DNA from: a virus
Lineage: Duplodnaviria > Caudoviricetes
IMG/VR virus record: IMGVR_UViG_3300035148_000271
Span: 1 to 63,853 of that record
Length of the DNA stretch: 63,853 nucleotides
Reading direction: 5' to 3' (one strand)
Shown: positions 63,154 through 63,853 of the stretch, piece by piece
Position numbering within the stretch: the first letter of the stretch is position 1
Layout: each line of letters begins with the position of its first letter
Program-made: the position numbers and the translations under genes
The notes under the pieces: generated by a model
Told to the model about the DNA's origin: nothing
Databases searched by the model: none
What the model saw: the letters and a program-made list of their open reading frames with translations, nothing else

Positions 63154-63529
63154 CCATGTCCTCCCGGATGGTGATGCTGATCTTGTCGTACACGGTCTGC
63201 ACCGTGCCGTCGTTGTAGGTGATTTCGATTTCCGCTTCGTACCGGCCCGAGGCGTCCAGATCATCGGCATCCCAGTCCACGCGGATGCGCCCGCCGATGC
63301 CGGCCACGTCGTACGGGGTCGTGTAGTCGACCGTCCCGTCTTCCAGCAGGAGGCCGGACAGGATGGTGCAACTGACCTCGGACTTCAGGACCGTTTCCCC
63401 AAGCTTGCGCATCTTGAAGAGGACCGTCGATCCCGACAGATTGATCGGATCGCCCTGCTTGTCGCGCAAAGTAAAGATCGGCCGGGGGCGGGTATCGCCC
63501 TCGACCAGTCGAATCTTGGTTGTCATCAA
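63146..63529 (-). CDS. BppU-like Ig-fold virion protein (127 aa)
   Basis: EGDTRP...PINLSGSTV.F.M...G.Y.AEIEITY. Confidence 0.7.
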   Translation of the reverse strand: MMTTKIRLVEGDTRPRPIFTLRDKQGDPINLSGSTVLFKMRKLGETVLKSEVSCTILSGLLLEDGTVDYTTPYDVAGIGGRIRVDWDADDLDASGRYEAEIEITYNDGTVQTVYDKISITIREDMDV

Positions 63530-63853
63530 ATCCTCCGGGCGCGTACGAACAGCTTCTTGCTGCCCAGTCCGCCATGATCGGAACGCACGCGGGCCGCGTT
63601 CTTGCCGACCGTGAACTCACGGGCCTTCCGTACCGATTCAGCCGGGTCGTAGAAGACCTGACCCTTGATGTCCATGAGCTTGCTCATTGCGCCGGCGGCA
63701 ATGACTTCCGCGAAGTCCTCATACAACTGGTCCCAGACTTCGGTCGAGGCGCGTGTCGGCTTCAGGGTCACAGCCAGAACAACATCTTTTGCGCTGTCCG
63801 CCGGCACCGGATCGAGGATGAAGGTGCTGCCGCTGGTGTAGATCAGCTTGGTC
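63526..63853 (-). CDS. C-terminal part of the adaptor-like protein begun at 209
   Basis: Open to the right edge; ...LDPVP...LKPTR...IAAGA..KL; in frame with 1-209 across the join. Confidence 0.7.
   Translation of the reverse strand, partial: TKLIYTSGSTFILDPVPADSAKDVVLAVTLKPTRASTEVWDQLYEDFAEVIAAGAMSKLMDIKGQVFYDPAESVRKAREFTVGKNAARVRSDHGGLGSKKLFVRARRI

Overview
This GC-rich window looks like an essentially complete, circularly permuted genome of a short-tailed dsDNA phage; joining the two ends restores one in-frame ORF. Minus strand, 1-12.4 kb and 35-63.8 kb, carries the morphogenesis genes: small and large terminase, portal, scaffold, major capsid, adaptors, tail nozzle and tip, beta-helix tailspikes, ejection proteins, a muramidase-holin-like fusion and a 3689-aa polyvalent protein. 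Plus strand, 12.9-19.5 kb, is an early region with a MoxR/CobS-like AAA plus vWA pair and small genes separated by a recurrent hairpin. Minus strand, 19.4-24.6 kb, is a lambdoid-like replication block (Cro-like, initiator-like, DnaB-like, HNH). Plus strand, 24.8-35 kb, holds SSB-like, ParB-like, acetyltransferase, methyltransferase, Ro60/TROVE and nuclease genes. I recognised no integrase, CI repressor or DNA polymerase. Three observations stand out. (1) A promoter-driven tandem array of four Y-RNA-like ncRNAs sits directly upstream of the phage Ro60 gene; they share a scaffold but carry different cargo domains, one being a circularly permuted tRNA-Thr(UGU) mimic with an intact anticodon arm. 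(2) A small gene with its own RBS is nested antisense inside the polyvalent gene, right after a RelA/SpoT-like domain, and is a candidate antitoxin. (3) An F-x-R motif punctuates the domain boundaries of the polyvalent protein. All calls come from motif recognition by eye; no searches or folding programs were run.
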